A stretch of DNA of 64,000 nt, from positions 6,168 through 70,167 of the forward strand of contig CALXDF010000035.1 in assembly GCA_944386995.1 (NCBI GenBank), given 5' to 3'. The notes beneath the pieces were generated by a model that had not been told where the DNA came from, did no database searches, and saw only the letters and a program-made list of their open reading frames with translations. The position numbers and the translations under genes are program-made. The DNA is from an uncultured Oscillospiraceae bacterium (GTDB taxonomy: Bacteria; Bacillota; Clostridia; Oscillospirales; Oscillospiraceae). Below, piece by piece: positions 27,918-36,987 of this stretch. Within the stretch, counting starts at the first letter, position 1, and each line of letters starts with the position of its first letter.

Positions 27918-29048
27918 ATGAACGAAAAAGAAATCTCTGAGATCCGCCGCCGGTTTCGGGCGGACCGCAGCAATATTACCTATGTCCGTGGATGTTATGT
28001 CAACGAGAGGCGGGAGATCTTTTCGGAGTTCAATCAACCCCTGGCTCTGCTGGGCCAGGAGGAAAATGAAAAATTTCTCACCATCCTGAAGAGGACCTTG
28101 TCCGGGACCCTGGGCAAGAACCTGCTGGATATCTCTTTTACCACCCAGCAGGTGGTGTCGGGAGATGAGCATAAGCTGCTCATGGCTCTGCGGGACTCTG
28201 CTCTCAAAGATCCTGATGCCGTTCACGCCTTGTTTCAAACCATTCTCTCCTCCCTTGTGATCGAAGGACCCTATCTCATTCTCCTGGCCTGTGATGCCTA
28301 CGATGTTCCCTATCGGGGCAGGGATGATGAAATCCAGGCTGATGCCTCTGACCAGGTCTACACCTATTTTCTTTGCAGCATTTGTCCCATCAAGCCCACC
28401 AGGCCCGCACTAGGCTATGATATGCAGGAGAATGCCTTTCATGATCTCCGGACCGACTGGGTAGTCAGTCCGCCCACAGCGGGATTTCTCTTCCCCGCCT
28501 TCGATGACCGCAGCACCAATCTATACGGCGCACTCTACTACACCAAGGATGTAAAGGAGAGTCAGGATGCTCTGATCGAACGGCTCTTCCATACCCAGCC
28601 CCCAATGCCAGCTGCTGTGCAAAAGGAGAGTTTTCAGACGCTTTTGGGGGATTCTTTAGGGGAGGAAAGCAGCTATGAAGTCGTACAGGGCGTCCAGAGA
28701 GAACTGCGGGATATTTTAGAGGAACACAAAGCCAGCCGCGAACCCCAGCCTCTGGTGCTGTCCAAGGAGGCCGTCGGTCAGGTATTGGCAGATTGCGGCG
28801 CCACAGAGGAACAAGTGGATGCCTTTACAGAGGGCTATACATCGTCTTTCGGCGCTGACACGGGGCTCCGTCCACGGAATTTGGTGGATCCCAAGCAGCT
28901 GGAGATCGCCACAGCAGATGTGACCATCCGCCTTAGTCCGGATCGCGGAGATCTGGTGGAAACCCGGATCATCGACGGTGCCCGGTACATCCTGATCCGG
29001 GCGGAGGATCAGGTAACCGTCAATGGTGTTCCCATTCACATTACCTAA
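27918..29048 (+). CDS. DUF4317-like conserved hypothetical protein
   Basis: 376 aa. The N-terminus MNEKEISEIRRRFRADRSNITYVRGCYVNERREI matches my recollection of the Clostridia-restricted DUF4317 family. GAGG lies 6 nt upstream and an extended -10 TGgTATACT is upstream. Confidence 0.55.
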   Translation: MNEKEISEIRRRFRADRSNITYVRGCYVNERREIFSEFNQPLALLGQEENEKFLTILKRTLSGTLGKNLLDISFTTQQVVSGDEHKLLMALRDSALKDPDAVHALFQTILSSLVIEGPYLILLACDAYDVPYRGRDDEIQADASDQVYTYFLCSICPIKPTRPALGYDMQENAFHDLRTDWVVSPPTAGFLFPAFDDRSTNLYGALYYTKDVKESQDALIERLFHTQPPMPAAVQKESFQTLLGDSLGEESSYEVVQGVQRELRDILEEHKASREPQPLVLSKEAVGQVLADCGATEEQVDAFTEGYTSSFGADTGLRPRNLVDPKQLEIATADVTIRLSPDRGDLVETRIIDGARYILIRAEDQVTVNGVPIHIT

Positions 29049-29070
29049 AAAACACGGTATAGACGCAATA

Positions 29071-29101
29071 AGTCCGGGTTCCGCACAGCGGAACCCGGAC
29101 T
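29071..29101 (+). terminator. Terminator hairpin after the DUF4317-like gene
   Basis: 14-bp stem agtccgggttccgc / gcggaacccggact with a 3-nt loop. There is no clear T-tract. Confidence 0.55.
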
Positions 29102-29479
29102 ATCTATATCAAGTGGTGTTTCACCACATTTCCTTGCTTTATCGTGCCATATTATCTCATCTTGCGTATGGAAATTCTGCTCTTTGGTTGTCAAAAGGTC
29201 TGTCATTGTTTTTCACAGCTACTCGATAGGCCACCCCCCTTTCCAGATCCATGTACGCTTGTCATGTCAAGTTCCTGTTCGATATGCATCACCTCCTGAT
29301 GATGGTAGAATACACCAGGAATTTGAACATGCTGTGAAGGGTTTTGGAATATTCTGTAAAGCAACTGTAAACGATGAATGAAAGTGTTCCGGGCGTCCTG
29401 ATGGTTCAGGTCAAGCATCTTTTCATGTTCCTTCCATAAAAAAGATTCGCAACGAATAGGAATCTGGTTGCCGATCAGA

Positions 29480-29516
29480 AAACAGGCCGAACCCCTTTTA
29501 AGGGTTCGGCCTGTTT
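29480..29516 (-). terminator. Rho-independent terminator closing the hem-cbi-cob operon
   Basis: 15-bp stem aaacaggccgaaccc / gggttcggcctgttt. On the minus strand it is followed by TTTTCTG, 34 nt after the hemL stop. Confidence 0.8.
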
Positions 29517-29549
29517 CTGGTATCGTTCCAATAGAGAATGTCCGCTTCT

Positions 29550-30833
29550 TTAGAGGCTGGCGAATACTTCATCCGCTGCCTGGGCAGTCGCCTCCAGCTG
29601 CTCTCTGGTGTGGGCGGCGCTGACAAACATGGCCTCGAACTGAGCCGGTGCCAGCGCTACGCCCCGCTGGAGCATACCGGCAAAGTAGGCCGCATAGCGC
29701 TTGAGGTCGCTGGTCTGGGCTCCGGGCAGGTCCTCTACCGCCTGACCGGTGAAGAAGGGAGACAGCAGCGACTCCACCTGATTGACCGTCACGGGCACAT
29801 TGTGGCGCTTGGCAGCGGCGCGCATGGCCTCCGCCAACCACTTGCCCTTTTCTCCGCTGTCGGTATAGACCTCCGGATGATCCCGCAGATAGGTCGACTG
29901 GGCAAGGCCCGCGGCCATGGCTACCGGGTTGCCGCTGAGGGTCCCGGCCTGGTACACCGGGCCGCAGGGGGCCACCTGCTCCATTACCTCCCGGCTGCCG
30001 CAGTAAGCGCCCACAGGCATGCCGCCGCCGATGATCTTGCCAAAGGTGGTAAGGTCGGCCTTCACCCCGTAGTACGCCTGAGCACCGCCCAGGCACAGGC
30101 GGAAACCGGTAATCACCTCGTCGAAAATCAGGAGGGCGCCGTACTGGTCGCACAGCTTCCGCAGCCCCTGGAGAAATCCCTCCTTGGGGAGAACCACCCC
30201 CATGTTGGCCGCCACCGGCTCCACAATGACGCAGGCGATCTGGTCCGGGTACTCGGCAAACAGGGCCTCCACCCCACCCATGTCGTTGTACTGGGCGGTA
30301 AGGGTGTGCTTCACGATATCCACCGGCACGCCGGCGCTGCTGGGATGGCCCCCCGCCAGAGCGGAGGAGCCGGCACTCACCAGGAGGCAGTCGCTGTGGC
30401 CGTGGTAACAGCCGTGGAACTTGAGGATTTTGTCCCGTCCCGTAACGCCCCGGGCCAGGCGGATGGCGGACATCACCGCCTCGGTGCCGGAGTTCACCAT
30501 GCGGACCTCCTGGATATTGGGCACCAGATCCACCATCAGTTCCGCGATCTCCACCTCCCGGCGGGTGGGGGCGCCGAAGCTCAGGCCGTCCTTCACAGCC
30601 TTCTCCACCGCCTCCCGGATCACCGGGTGGTTGTGCCCCAGGATCATGGGCCCCCAGGAGCAGACATAGTCGATGTACTTCTTGCCGTCCTCGTCGTATT
30701 CATAGGCGCCATCTGCCCGGGCAATGAACCGGGGCGCCATATTCACCGCGCGGAAGGCGCGCACCGGGGAGTTGACCCCGCCGGGCATGACCTTCTGGGC
30801 CTCTTCAAACAGCAGTTCGGACTTGTCCATCAT
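29550..30833 (-). CDS. hemL: Glutamate-1-semialdehyde 2,1-aminomutase
   Basis: 427 aa from ATG 30833, with an ATGA overlap on the hemB stop. [23 protein letters not shown] is the typical HemL N-terminus. The ORF-track start at 31013 runs into hemB. Confidence 0.9.
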   Translation of the reverse strand: MMDKSELLFEEAQKVMPGGVNSPVRAFRAVNMAPRFIARADGAYEYDEDGKKYIDYVCSWGPMILGHNHPVIREAVEKAVKDGLSFGAPTRREVEIAELMVDLVPNIQEVRMVNSGTEAVMSAIRLARGVTGRDKILKFHGCYHGHSDCLLVSAGSSALAGGHPSSAGVPVDIVKHTLTAQYNDMGGVEALFAEYPDQIACVIVEPVAANMGVVLPKEGFLQGLRKLCDQYGALLIFDEVITGFRLCLGGAQAYYGVKADLTTFGKIIGGGMPVGAYCGSREVMEQVAPCGPVYQAGTLSGNPVAMAAGLAQSTYLRDHPEVYTDSGEKGKWLAEAMRAAAKRHNVPVTVNQVESLLSPFFTGQAVEDLPGAQTSDLKRYAAYFAGMLQRGVALAPAQFEAMFVSAAHTREQLEATAQAADEVFASL

Positions 30834-31813
30834 CCGATCTCCCCCTTCTTCATGGCATCCGCCAATTCCTTGGCATAGTAGGTAATGAGCATGTTGGCCC
30901 CGGCCCGGAAGATAGACACCGCGCTCTCGCACATGATGCGATACTCGTCCACCAGGCCGGCGGCAGCGGCAGCCTTGATCATGGCGTATTCCCCGGAGAC
31001 CTGGTAGGCGCACATGGGCAGGTCAAAGGCGTCGCTGCACTCCCGGATGATGTCCAGATAGGCAAGGGCCGGCTTCACCATCAGAATATCCGCGCCCTCC
31101 TCCACATCCAGAGCGCACTCCTTCAGCGCCTCCCGGCAGTTATGGGGATCCATCTGATACCCCTTCCGATCCCCAAAGGAGGGGACGGATCCGGCGGCAG
31201 CGCGGAAAGGCCCGTAGAAAGCGGAGGCATATTTGGCGGAGTAGGACATAATGGGGGTCATGGTGTACCCATTTTCATCCAGCGTCCGGCGGATGGCGGC
31301 GATGCGGCCGTCCATCATATCGCTGGGGGCCACCATATCCGCCCCGGCCTGCACATGGCTGAGGGCGGTTTTGGACAGGACCTCCAGCGTCTTGTCGTTG
31401 TCCACCTCATGGCCGCAGAGGATGCCGCAGTGTCCGTGGTCGGTATATTCACACATGCAGACATCGGTGATCACATAGAAGTCCGGGTACTTGGCCTTGA
31501 TGGCCCGAATGGCCTCCTGGATCACCCCGTGTTCGTCCCAAGCGGAGGAACCGCAGGCATCCTTGCTCTTGGGCAGGCCAAAGAGGATACAGTGGTTCAC
31601 GCCGTGGGCCAGGCACTCCTCCACCGCCTGGCATACGCTGTCCAGACCGTAGTGATTTTGACCGGCCAGGCTCTCAATGGGACGGACGCCATGGAGCGTT
31701 TCATCCACAAAGATGGGGTAAATCAGGCTGTCGGGGGACATGCGGGTCTCCCGGCACATCCGGCGCACCGCGTCGTTGCGGCGCAGGCGGCGGGGACGGT
31801 TAATCAGTTCCAT
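30830..31813 (-). CDS. hemB: Porphobilinogen synthase (ALA dehydratase)
   Basis: 327 aa. RPRRLR..., the Cys-rich Zn site [14 protein letters not shown] and the active-site Lys block ILMVKPA are present. Confidence 0.9.
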   Translation of the reverse strand: MELINRPRRLRRNDAVRRMCRETRMSPDSLIYPIFVDETLHGVRPIESLAGQNHYGLDSVCQAVEECLAHGVNHCILFGLPKSKDACGSSAWDEHGVIQEAIRAIKAKYPDFYVITDVCMCEYTDHGHCGILCGHEVDNDKTLEVLSKTALSHVQAGADMVAPSDMMDGRIAAIRRTLDENGYTMTPIMSYSAKYASAFYGPFRAAAGSVPSFGDRKGYQMDPHNCREALKECALDVEEGADILMVKPALAYLDIIRECSDAFDLPMCAYQVSGEYAMIKAAAAAGLVDEYRIMCESAVSIFRAGANMLITYYAKELADAMKKGEIG

Positions 31814-31896
31814 TGACTTTCATACCTCCTGGAACAAAAAATTTCCTTATGCTGAGAGCCGGCCGGGCAGCCCCGCCGGCTCTGTTGTGACTGCGC

Positions 31897-33387
31897 TTAC
31901 GCTTCCCGGGCCAAATCCACCAGCGCGTCGATGGTAGCCTTTGGGGCAATTTTGACCGCAATGCCGTGCTTACGCGCCTCGGCGGCGGTCTGCTCCCCGA
32001 TGCACAGGCCGGTGATTTGGGAGAAATCGGCCCCCTCCCCCACCGAGGAGACAAAGCCCTTCACCGTGGAGGCAGAGGTGAAGGTCACATAGGTCAGTTC
32101 CCCAGCCTCCAGCATCCCCCGCAGTTCCTCGGATCTGGGATTCTCATAGACCGTCCGGTACACCGGGATGTCGTCATAAGCCATGTTACCTTTTTCCAGG
32201 GCCTCTGTCAAGGCGGTGGAACCGATTTCCGCCCGGAGGATCAGCACTTTGCCGCCCTGTTCCGCCAGCTCCGCCCCCAGGTGGGCCGCGTCATAGACCG
32301 ACGGGATCAGGTCCGCCGTGAGGCCGTGGCCGGCCAATGCCCTGGCGGTGCCGGAACCGATGGCGGCCAGGCGGACGCCGCCCAGCTGTCGGGCGTCCTT
32401 TCCCATGCCCCGCAGGCAGTTCCAGAACGCCTCCACGCCGGCGGGGCTGGTAAAGGCCAGCCACTGGTAGTCCCCAATCCGTCCCAGCGCCTGCTCCATC
32501 CCGATGCAGGGCACGATCGGCACCGTCTCGATGCAGGGGTACTCCGTCACATCCGCCCCCAGGGCCCGCAGCTTGTCCGACAGTGTGCCGGCGCGCTCCT
32601 TGGGCCGGGTCACCAGGATCTTTTGTCCCCGGAGGGGGCGCTTTTCGAACCAGCAGAAATCCTTGGCCAGGGCACAGACCTTCCCCACCACGATGATGGC
32701 CGGGCTGTGGATGCCCATGGCCGCCGCCCGCTCCGGAAGGGTCTGGAGGGTGGCGTCGCACCGGCGCTGGGCCGGGGTGGTGCCGCTCTCCACCATGGCC
32801 GCCGGGGTGTCCGGGTTCATGCCGGCCTGCAGCAGGCCCTCCACAATTTTCGGCATGGCGGTGACACCCATCAGGAACACCAGGGTCCCCCTGGTGCGGA
32901 CCAGGGCCTCGAAGTCGATGGTCAGCTCCGCCCCGGCTTTGGCATGGCCGGTGATGATGTGGAGGGAGGAACAGAAGTCCCGGTGGGTCACCGGGATGCC
33001 AGCATAGGCGCAGGCGGCGATGGCCGAGGTGACGCCGGGCACCTCCTCAAAGGCCACGCCGTGCTCCGCCAGGAGCTCCAGCTCCTCGCCGCCCCGTCCG
33101 AACACAAAGGGGTCCCCCCCCTTCAGCCGCACCACGTTCTTTCCCTCCAGCGCCTTGTCCAGCAGGATCTGGTTGATCTGCCACTGGGGCACCTTGTGGT
33201 GGGAGGCCTCCTTGCCCACGTCGATCTTCTCGGCCTTCTCCGGCATCATCGCCAGAATGGCGGGGCCAACCAGGCGGTCATAGACCACCACATCCGCCTG
33301 GGACAGGGCCTCCCGGCCCCGAATGGTCAGCAGGCCCGGGTCGCCGGGACCCGCCCCCACCAAAACAACTTTTCCACGTTGCTCCAT
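31897..33387 (-). CDS. cobA: Uroporphyrinogen-III C-methyltransferase / uroporphyrinogen-III synthase fusion
   Basis: 496 aa. The N-terminus VVLVGAGPGDPGLLTIRG...VVYDRL marks the SAM tetrapyrrole methylase domain. The C-terminal ~240 aa are HemD-like (ILVTRP...). Confidence 0.88.
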   Translation of the reverse strand: MEQRGKVVLVGAGPGDPGLLTIRGREALSQADVVVYDRLVGPAILAMMPEKAEKIDVGKEASHHKVPQWQINQILLDKALEGKNVVRLKGGDPFVFGRGGEELELLAEHGVAFEEVPGVTSAIAACAYAGIPVTHRDFCSSLHIITGHAKAGAELTIDFEALVRTRGTLVFLMGVTAMPKIVEGLLQAGMNPDTPAAMVESGTTPAQRRCDATLQTLPERAAAMGIHSPAIIVVGKVCALAKDFCWFEKRPLRGQKILVTRPKERAGTLSDKLRALGADVTEYPCIETVPIVPCIGMEQALGRIGDYQWLAFTSPAGVEAFWNCLRGMGKDARQLGGVRLAAIGSGTARALAGHGLTADLIPSVYDAAHLGAELAEQGGKVLILRAEIGSTALTEALEKGNMAYDDIPVYRTVYENPRSEELRGMLEAGELTYVTFTSASTVKGFVSSVGEGADFSQITGLCIGEQTAAEARKHGIAVKIAPKATIDALVDLAREA

Positions 33388-33399
33388 GTTGATTCTCCT

Positions 33400-34251
33400 T
33401 TACCGCAGGCGCGCGGCCAGCGCAATGCCCAGTGCAGCGGCCCCGCTCACCGGACCTGTTATGGTATCCTTTATGCCGGACACATTCATGCCGGTCAATG
33501 TCATTGTATCCCCGGAAATGGCAGCGAAGGCCGCCACCGGGGAGGAGCAGCCGCCGTCCAGCTCCCGGACAAAGGCCCGCTCCGCCAGGGCGCAGGCAGT
33601 CCCCTCCGCGTCGGAAAAGGCATCCAGGAAGGAGGTGTCCTCCCCTGCCCGCATCTGGGCGGCCATAATCCCCTGCCCAGCCGCCGGAAGGATCTCCTCC
33701 GTGGAGAACCAGCGGCAGATCCGCTCCTCCAGGCCCAGGCGCTTGAGGCCTGCGCCGGCCAAGACCAGGGCTGCATACTGCCCCTCGTCCAGCTTGCGCA
33801 GCCGCGTCTGCACGTTGCCCCGCACCGGGGCAACGGTCGCCTGAGGGAACAGCTGCTCCAGCTGCATCTTCCGCCGGAGGCTGGCACAGCCGATGGGTTT
33901 CGAGAAGTCCAACTCCTGGACGCCCTCCGGCAAAACCAGCACATCCCGGGGATCCTCCCGGCGGGAGAATGCCACCAGGGGCAGGGCGGGATTTTCCTCC
34001 ATAGGGAGATCCTTGCAGCTGTGGACGGTCACGTCCACCCGCCCCTCCTGAAGGGCGGCATCCAGCTCCTTCACAAATAAGCCCTTTCCGCCCACCTTGT
34101 CCAGCGTGCGGTCCAGAATCTTGTCGCCGGTGGTCTTCATAGTCACCAGCTCCAGCTCGATCTCCGGATGGGCCGAGCGCACGGCCTCCATCAGCAGTTC
34201 CGACTGGATCACCGCCAAGCGGCTCTCCCGGCTGCCAACACGTACTTTCAT
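33400..34251 (-). CDS. hemC: Hydroxymethylbilane synthase (porphobilinogen deaminase)
   Basis: 283 aa. VRVGSRESRLAVIQ and RGNVQTRLRKL are signature blocks. It appears to lack the usual C-terminal domain 3 extension. Confidence 0.88.
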   Translation of the reverse strand: MKVRVGSRESRLAVIQSELLMEAVRSAHPEIELELVTMKTTGDKILDRTLDKVGGKGLFVKELDAALQEGRVDVTVHSCKDLPMEENPALPLVAFSRREDPRDVLVLPEGVQELDFSKPIGCASLRRKMQLEQLFPQATVAPVRGNVQTRLRKLDEGQYAALVLAGAGLKRLGLEERICRWFSTEEILPAAGQGIMAAQMRAGEDTSFLDAFSDAEGTACALAERAFVRELDGGCSSPVAAFAAISGDTMTLTGMNVSGIKDTITGPVSGAAALGIALAARLR

Positions 34252-34691
34252 GGTTCCAACTCCTCCAATGTTTTCCGAACAGCTTTTGCCGCCCGGGCGG
34301 TCCGTTTGTGATCGCTGCCGTCTCCCACCAGGCCGGCCACCAGTGTTTCGGTCTGGCAGATGGCGGGAAAATAGAAATCACACTCACTGGGACAGTCACA
34401 GACATTCACCAGGATCCCACGGCTGCAGGCCTCCTCATAGACCGCGTGGTTCACCGCCCGGTCATTGGTGGCAGCCACCGCCAGGAAGGCCCCTGACAGA
34501 TCGCCCGGCTGATAGGCGCGAAGGAAACAAGCTACCCCTTCCGGCTCTTCCCGGATCTCCGGCGCGACCACTGTAACGGCCGCACCAAAGTCCCGCAGCA
34601 CCGCCGCCCGGCGCATGCCGATGGCACCGCCGCCTACCACCACAGCCGCTTTCCCGTCCAAATCAATAAACAGCGGAAAGCGCAGATTCAT
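34248..34691 (-). CDS. sirC: Precorrin-2 dehydrogenase / sirohydrochlorin ferrochelatase-type NAD-binding protein (SirC / CysG N-domain)
   Basis: 147 aa. FPLFIDLDGKAAVVVGGGAIGMRRAAVL is the typical siroheme synthase N-terminal Rossmann block. ATGA overlap with the hemC start. Confidence 0.8.
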   Translation of the reverse strand: MNLRFPLFIDLDGKAAVVVGGGAIGMRRAAVLRDFGAAVTVVAPEIREEPEGVACFLRAYQPGDLSGAFLAVAATNDRAVNHAVYEEACSRGILVNVCDCPSECDFYFPAICQTETLVAGLVGDGSDHKRTARAAKAVRKTLEELEP

Positions 34692-34710
34692 CTCTCTGCC
34701 TCCTGTCCTT

Positions 34711-35055
34711 TCACCGCACCGGGGTGTAATCGATCACAGCCTCCTCATCGGTGGCCTCCAGCTTGAAGATCACCGGCCGCAGGCCGTCGTTGCAGCTGCA
34801 GATGGCCACGCCAGGCTTGCGGATCCAATCCCCGTAATAAAACAACTCCTCCCCCGCCCCATGGGCCAGGGCAAAGACATATTGGTAGATCGCCTTCCAC
34901 GCCTCGTCGCACAGGCCGTCCGGCTTGGCATAGTCGGCGTAGAACACCTGACCCTCCCGCATCATGGGACAGGGGCCAAGCCCCTCCGCACCATACTCTT
35001 TTGCCAGCTCCTCATCGAATGTGGTCTTCAGCACAGTAATTTTGACCTTCTTCAT
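34711..35055 (-). CDS. TIGR04076-like small Cys-containing protein of unknown function
   Basis: 114 aa: MKKVKITVLK...GPCPMMREGQ...DGLCDEAW...AICSCNDGLRPVIFKLE. The start, the end and the Cys spacing match my recollection of the uncharacterised TIGR04076 family. It is on the same strand and tightly packed between hemA and sirC. Confidence 0.6.
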   Translation of the reverse strand: MKKVKITVLKTTFDEELAKEYGAEGLGPCPMMREGQVFYADYAKPDGLCDEAWKAIYQYVFALAHGAGEELFYYGDWIRKPGVAICSCNDGLRPVIFKLEATDEEAVIDYTPVR

Positions 35056-35106
35056 CGCCGCACACTCCGTTCTCAGTTCTCAACACATTCCATGCAAACC
35101 GTTTCG

Positions 35107-36270
35107 TCACGCCCGGGTGTGGGCCCGAATCTTCGCTGCACAGGCGGCCAGGGTCTCCGGCGTGAAGCCGTCCTTCACGCCACCCACCAGCAGCTCAATG
35201 GTCTTACAGACCGCATCCTCCGTGTCCATATCCCGGACCCTGTCCAGCACGGCGGTCTTGACCTCCTCCAGCACCGGCAGGCTCTCCCGGTAGTTGTTCC
35301 ACTGGTAGAAACGGTTCATGTACTCCCGGATGGTATTGTGGACCCGGGCCAGTTCCTTGGCATCGGCCCCCGTCTGCTGGCTCAGGTCATCCACATTCAG
35401 CAGTACCACACCGGCCGCAATCTCCCCCAAATCCGGCTGGATATCCCGCGGAATCGCCAAATCCACCAGAAGTTTTGGCGGATTTTTAACCTCTGTAAAG
35501 GGTTCTGCCATCACAGTGTAGTGAGGGCTTGTCGTAGCAGATACCAGCAGATCCATTCCTTCCATAGCAGTGTAGCGGTCATCATAAGCGGCCACAGCGC
35601 ACCCGGCGGGCACGACTGTCTCACCGTGGCGGTAAGAGCGCAACGTCACGGTTACCGCGCATCCGGCGTCCCGCAGAAGAGAGGCCGCCAGCCGTCCCAT
35701 CTCCCCGTTGCCGATCACCATAGCCCGCTTGCCCGCCAAGCTGCCTGCCCGGTTCTCCAGCGCAGCCACAGCCTGGTGGGCAGCCGAGGTGGGCAGCCGA
35801 GTCAGCCGTCCGCCGGTCTTGGCCGCCTTGCCGCAGGCGGCAGCTGTGCGGAACAAGGTTTCCAGGACGCTGTCGGAGGTCCCGGCCTCCCGGGCCAGGG
35901 TCACGGCGGTCTTGACCTGGGTAAGGATCTGATCCTCCCCCAGGATCTGAGAGCGCAGGCCGCAGGCCACCTCCATCAAATGGCGGACACACTCGGTATC
36001 CCTTCGGGTCACAAAAGCGTTGGCAAACTTCTGATAGTCTGCCCCTGCTGCCCGGCACAACAGTTCCCCCGGATCAGGCGCTGGACCGTCGGCATAAGAG
36101 AGGTACAGCTCCGTCCGGTTACAGGTGGACAGCAGAACCACTCCCAGCAGCTGCGGATTGGCCGCGATGATGCGGTCCATGTCCAGTACGCCGTTCTTCG
36201 TAAAACTCAGCTGCTCCCGCAGGGCAATGGACGCCACGCTGTAGTCCAGCCCGGACATACACAGATGCAT
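35107..36270 (-). CDS. hemA: Glutamyl-tRNA reductase
   Basis: 387 aa. It has the LSTCNRTELY catalytic-Cys motif and the NADPH-binding block VIGNGEMG. Confidence 0.9.
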   Translation of the reverse strand: MHLCMSGLDYSVASIALREQLSFTKNGVLDMDRIIAANPQLLGVVLLSTCNRTELYLSYADGPAPDPGELLCRAAGADYQKFANAFVTRRDTECVRHLMEVACGLRSQILGEDQILTQVKTAVTLAREAGTSDSVLETLFRTAAACGKAAKTGGRLTRLPTSAAHQAVAALENRAGSLAGKRAMVIGNGEMGRLAASLLRDAGCAVTVTLRSYRHGETVVPAGCAVAAYDDRYTAMEGMDLLVSATTSPHYTVMAEPFTEVKNPPKLLVDLAIPRDIQPDLGEIAAGVVLLNVDDLSQQTGADAKELARVHNTIREYMNRFYQWNNYRESLPVLEEVKTAVLDRVRDMDTEDAVCKTIELLVGGVKDGFTPETLAACAAKIRAHTRA

Positions 36271-36273
36271 CCT

Positions 36274-36963
36274 TTACTCCCCCTTTTTCACCAGAACAAC
36301 AGAGAAATACCCGGTATTCTCCGGCATATCGGCAAAGTGCTCCCACACCTGCTCCCCCTCCATGCCGCAGTTTGCCACCAGGGAGGCGTGCTCCAGCAGG
36401 CCGTGCTCCGCCAGCTTCTCCTTCAGCGCGCCGATCTCCCTTCCCGCTTTCATAAACACCAGGTTGGCGTCCACATTCAGACAGTCTTCCATATCTTTAT
36501 GGGAGGCGGGAACGATCAGCAGCCGCTGGCTCTGCTCGCACAGGCTGGTGTTCAGCCGGGCCGCCACCGCACAGAAGGAAGGTACCCCCGGCACCAGTAC
36601 GGCCTCATAGCCCCGGGAGAGCACCCGGCGGTGGATATACATGTAGGTGGCATATACCGTTGGGTCGCCAAGGGTAATGAAGGCCACATTTTTTCCTTCC
36701 TCCAGCAGTGCACAAATATCGGCGGCGATTTGATCGTGGGCCGCATCCAGCACCGCCTGGTCCCGGACCATGGGCGTGACACAGGTCAGGATCGTTTTGT
36801 CCGCCACATACTCCTGGACAATGCGAAAGGCCGTCTTCTCCCCGGAGCCCTTATCCGGGACAGCGATCACATCTGCCTCCCGCAAAATCCGGACCGCTTT
36901 CAATGTCAGCAGTTCCGGGTCACCGGGGCCCACCCCCAGGCCATACAGCGTTCCTCTGGTCAT
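36274..36963 (-). CDS. cbiL: Cobalt-factor II (precorrin-2) C20-methyltransferase
   Basis: 229 aa. LYGLGVGPGDPELLTLKA is the tetrapyrrole methylase motif. The size and operon context are CbiL-like. Confidence 0.85.
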   Translation of the reverse strand: MTRGTLYGLGVGPGDPELLTLKAVRILREADVIAVPDKGSGEKTAFRIVQEYVADKTILTCVTPMVRDQAVLDAAHDQIAADICALLEEGKNVAFITLGDPTVYATYMYIHRRVLSRGYEAVLVPGVPSFCAVAARLNTSLCEQSQRLLIVPASHKDMEDCLNVDANLVFMKAGREIGALKEKLAEHGLLEHASLVANCGMEGEQVWEHFADMPENTGYFSVVLVKKGE

Positions 36964-36987
36964 AGCAGGTTTCTCCTTTGTTCACTC

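Noticed and set aside
31966-34080. 704-aa plus-strand ORF, and similar long antisense ORFs at 1658-3709 (-), 22916-25036 (-), 61498-63654 (+), 38694-40433 (+), 20571-21917 (+), 29538-30878 (+), 52795-54063 (-), 57418-58713 (+), 15176-16114 (+) and 18330-19442 (+)
   Set aside because: Each lies opposite a gene with unambiguous family motifs (cobA/hemD-hemC, oadA, glnS, malQ-lacI, cbiP, glyA, hemL, the AI-2E transporter, the COG0523 GTPase, tsf, ddl). Their compositions are typical of antisense frames, and none has a plausible RBS or known domain.
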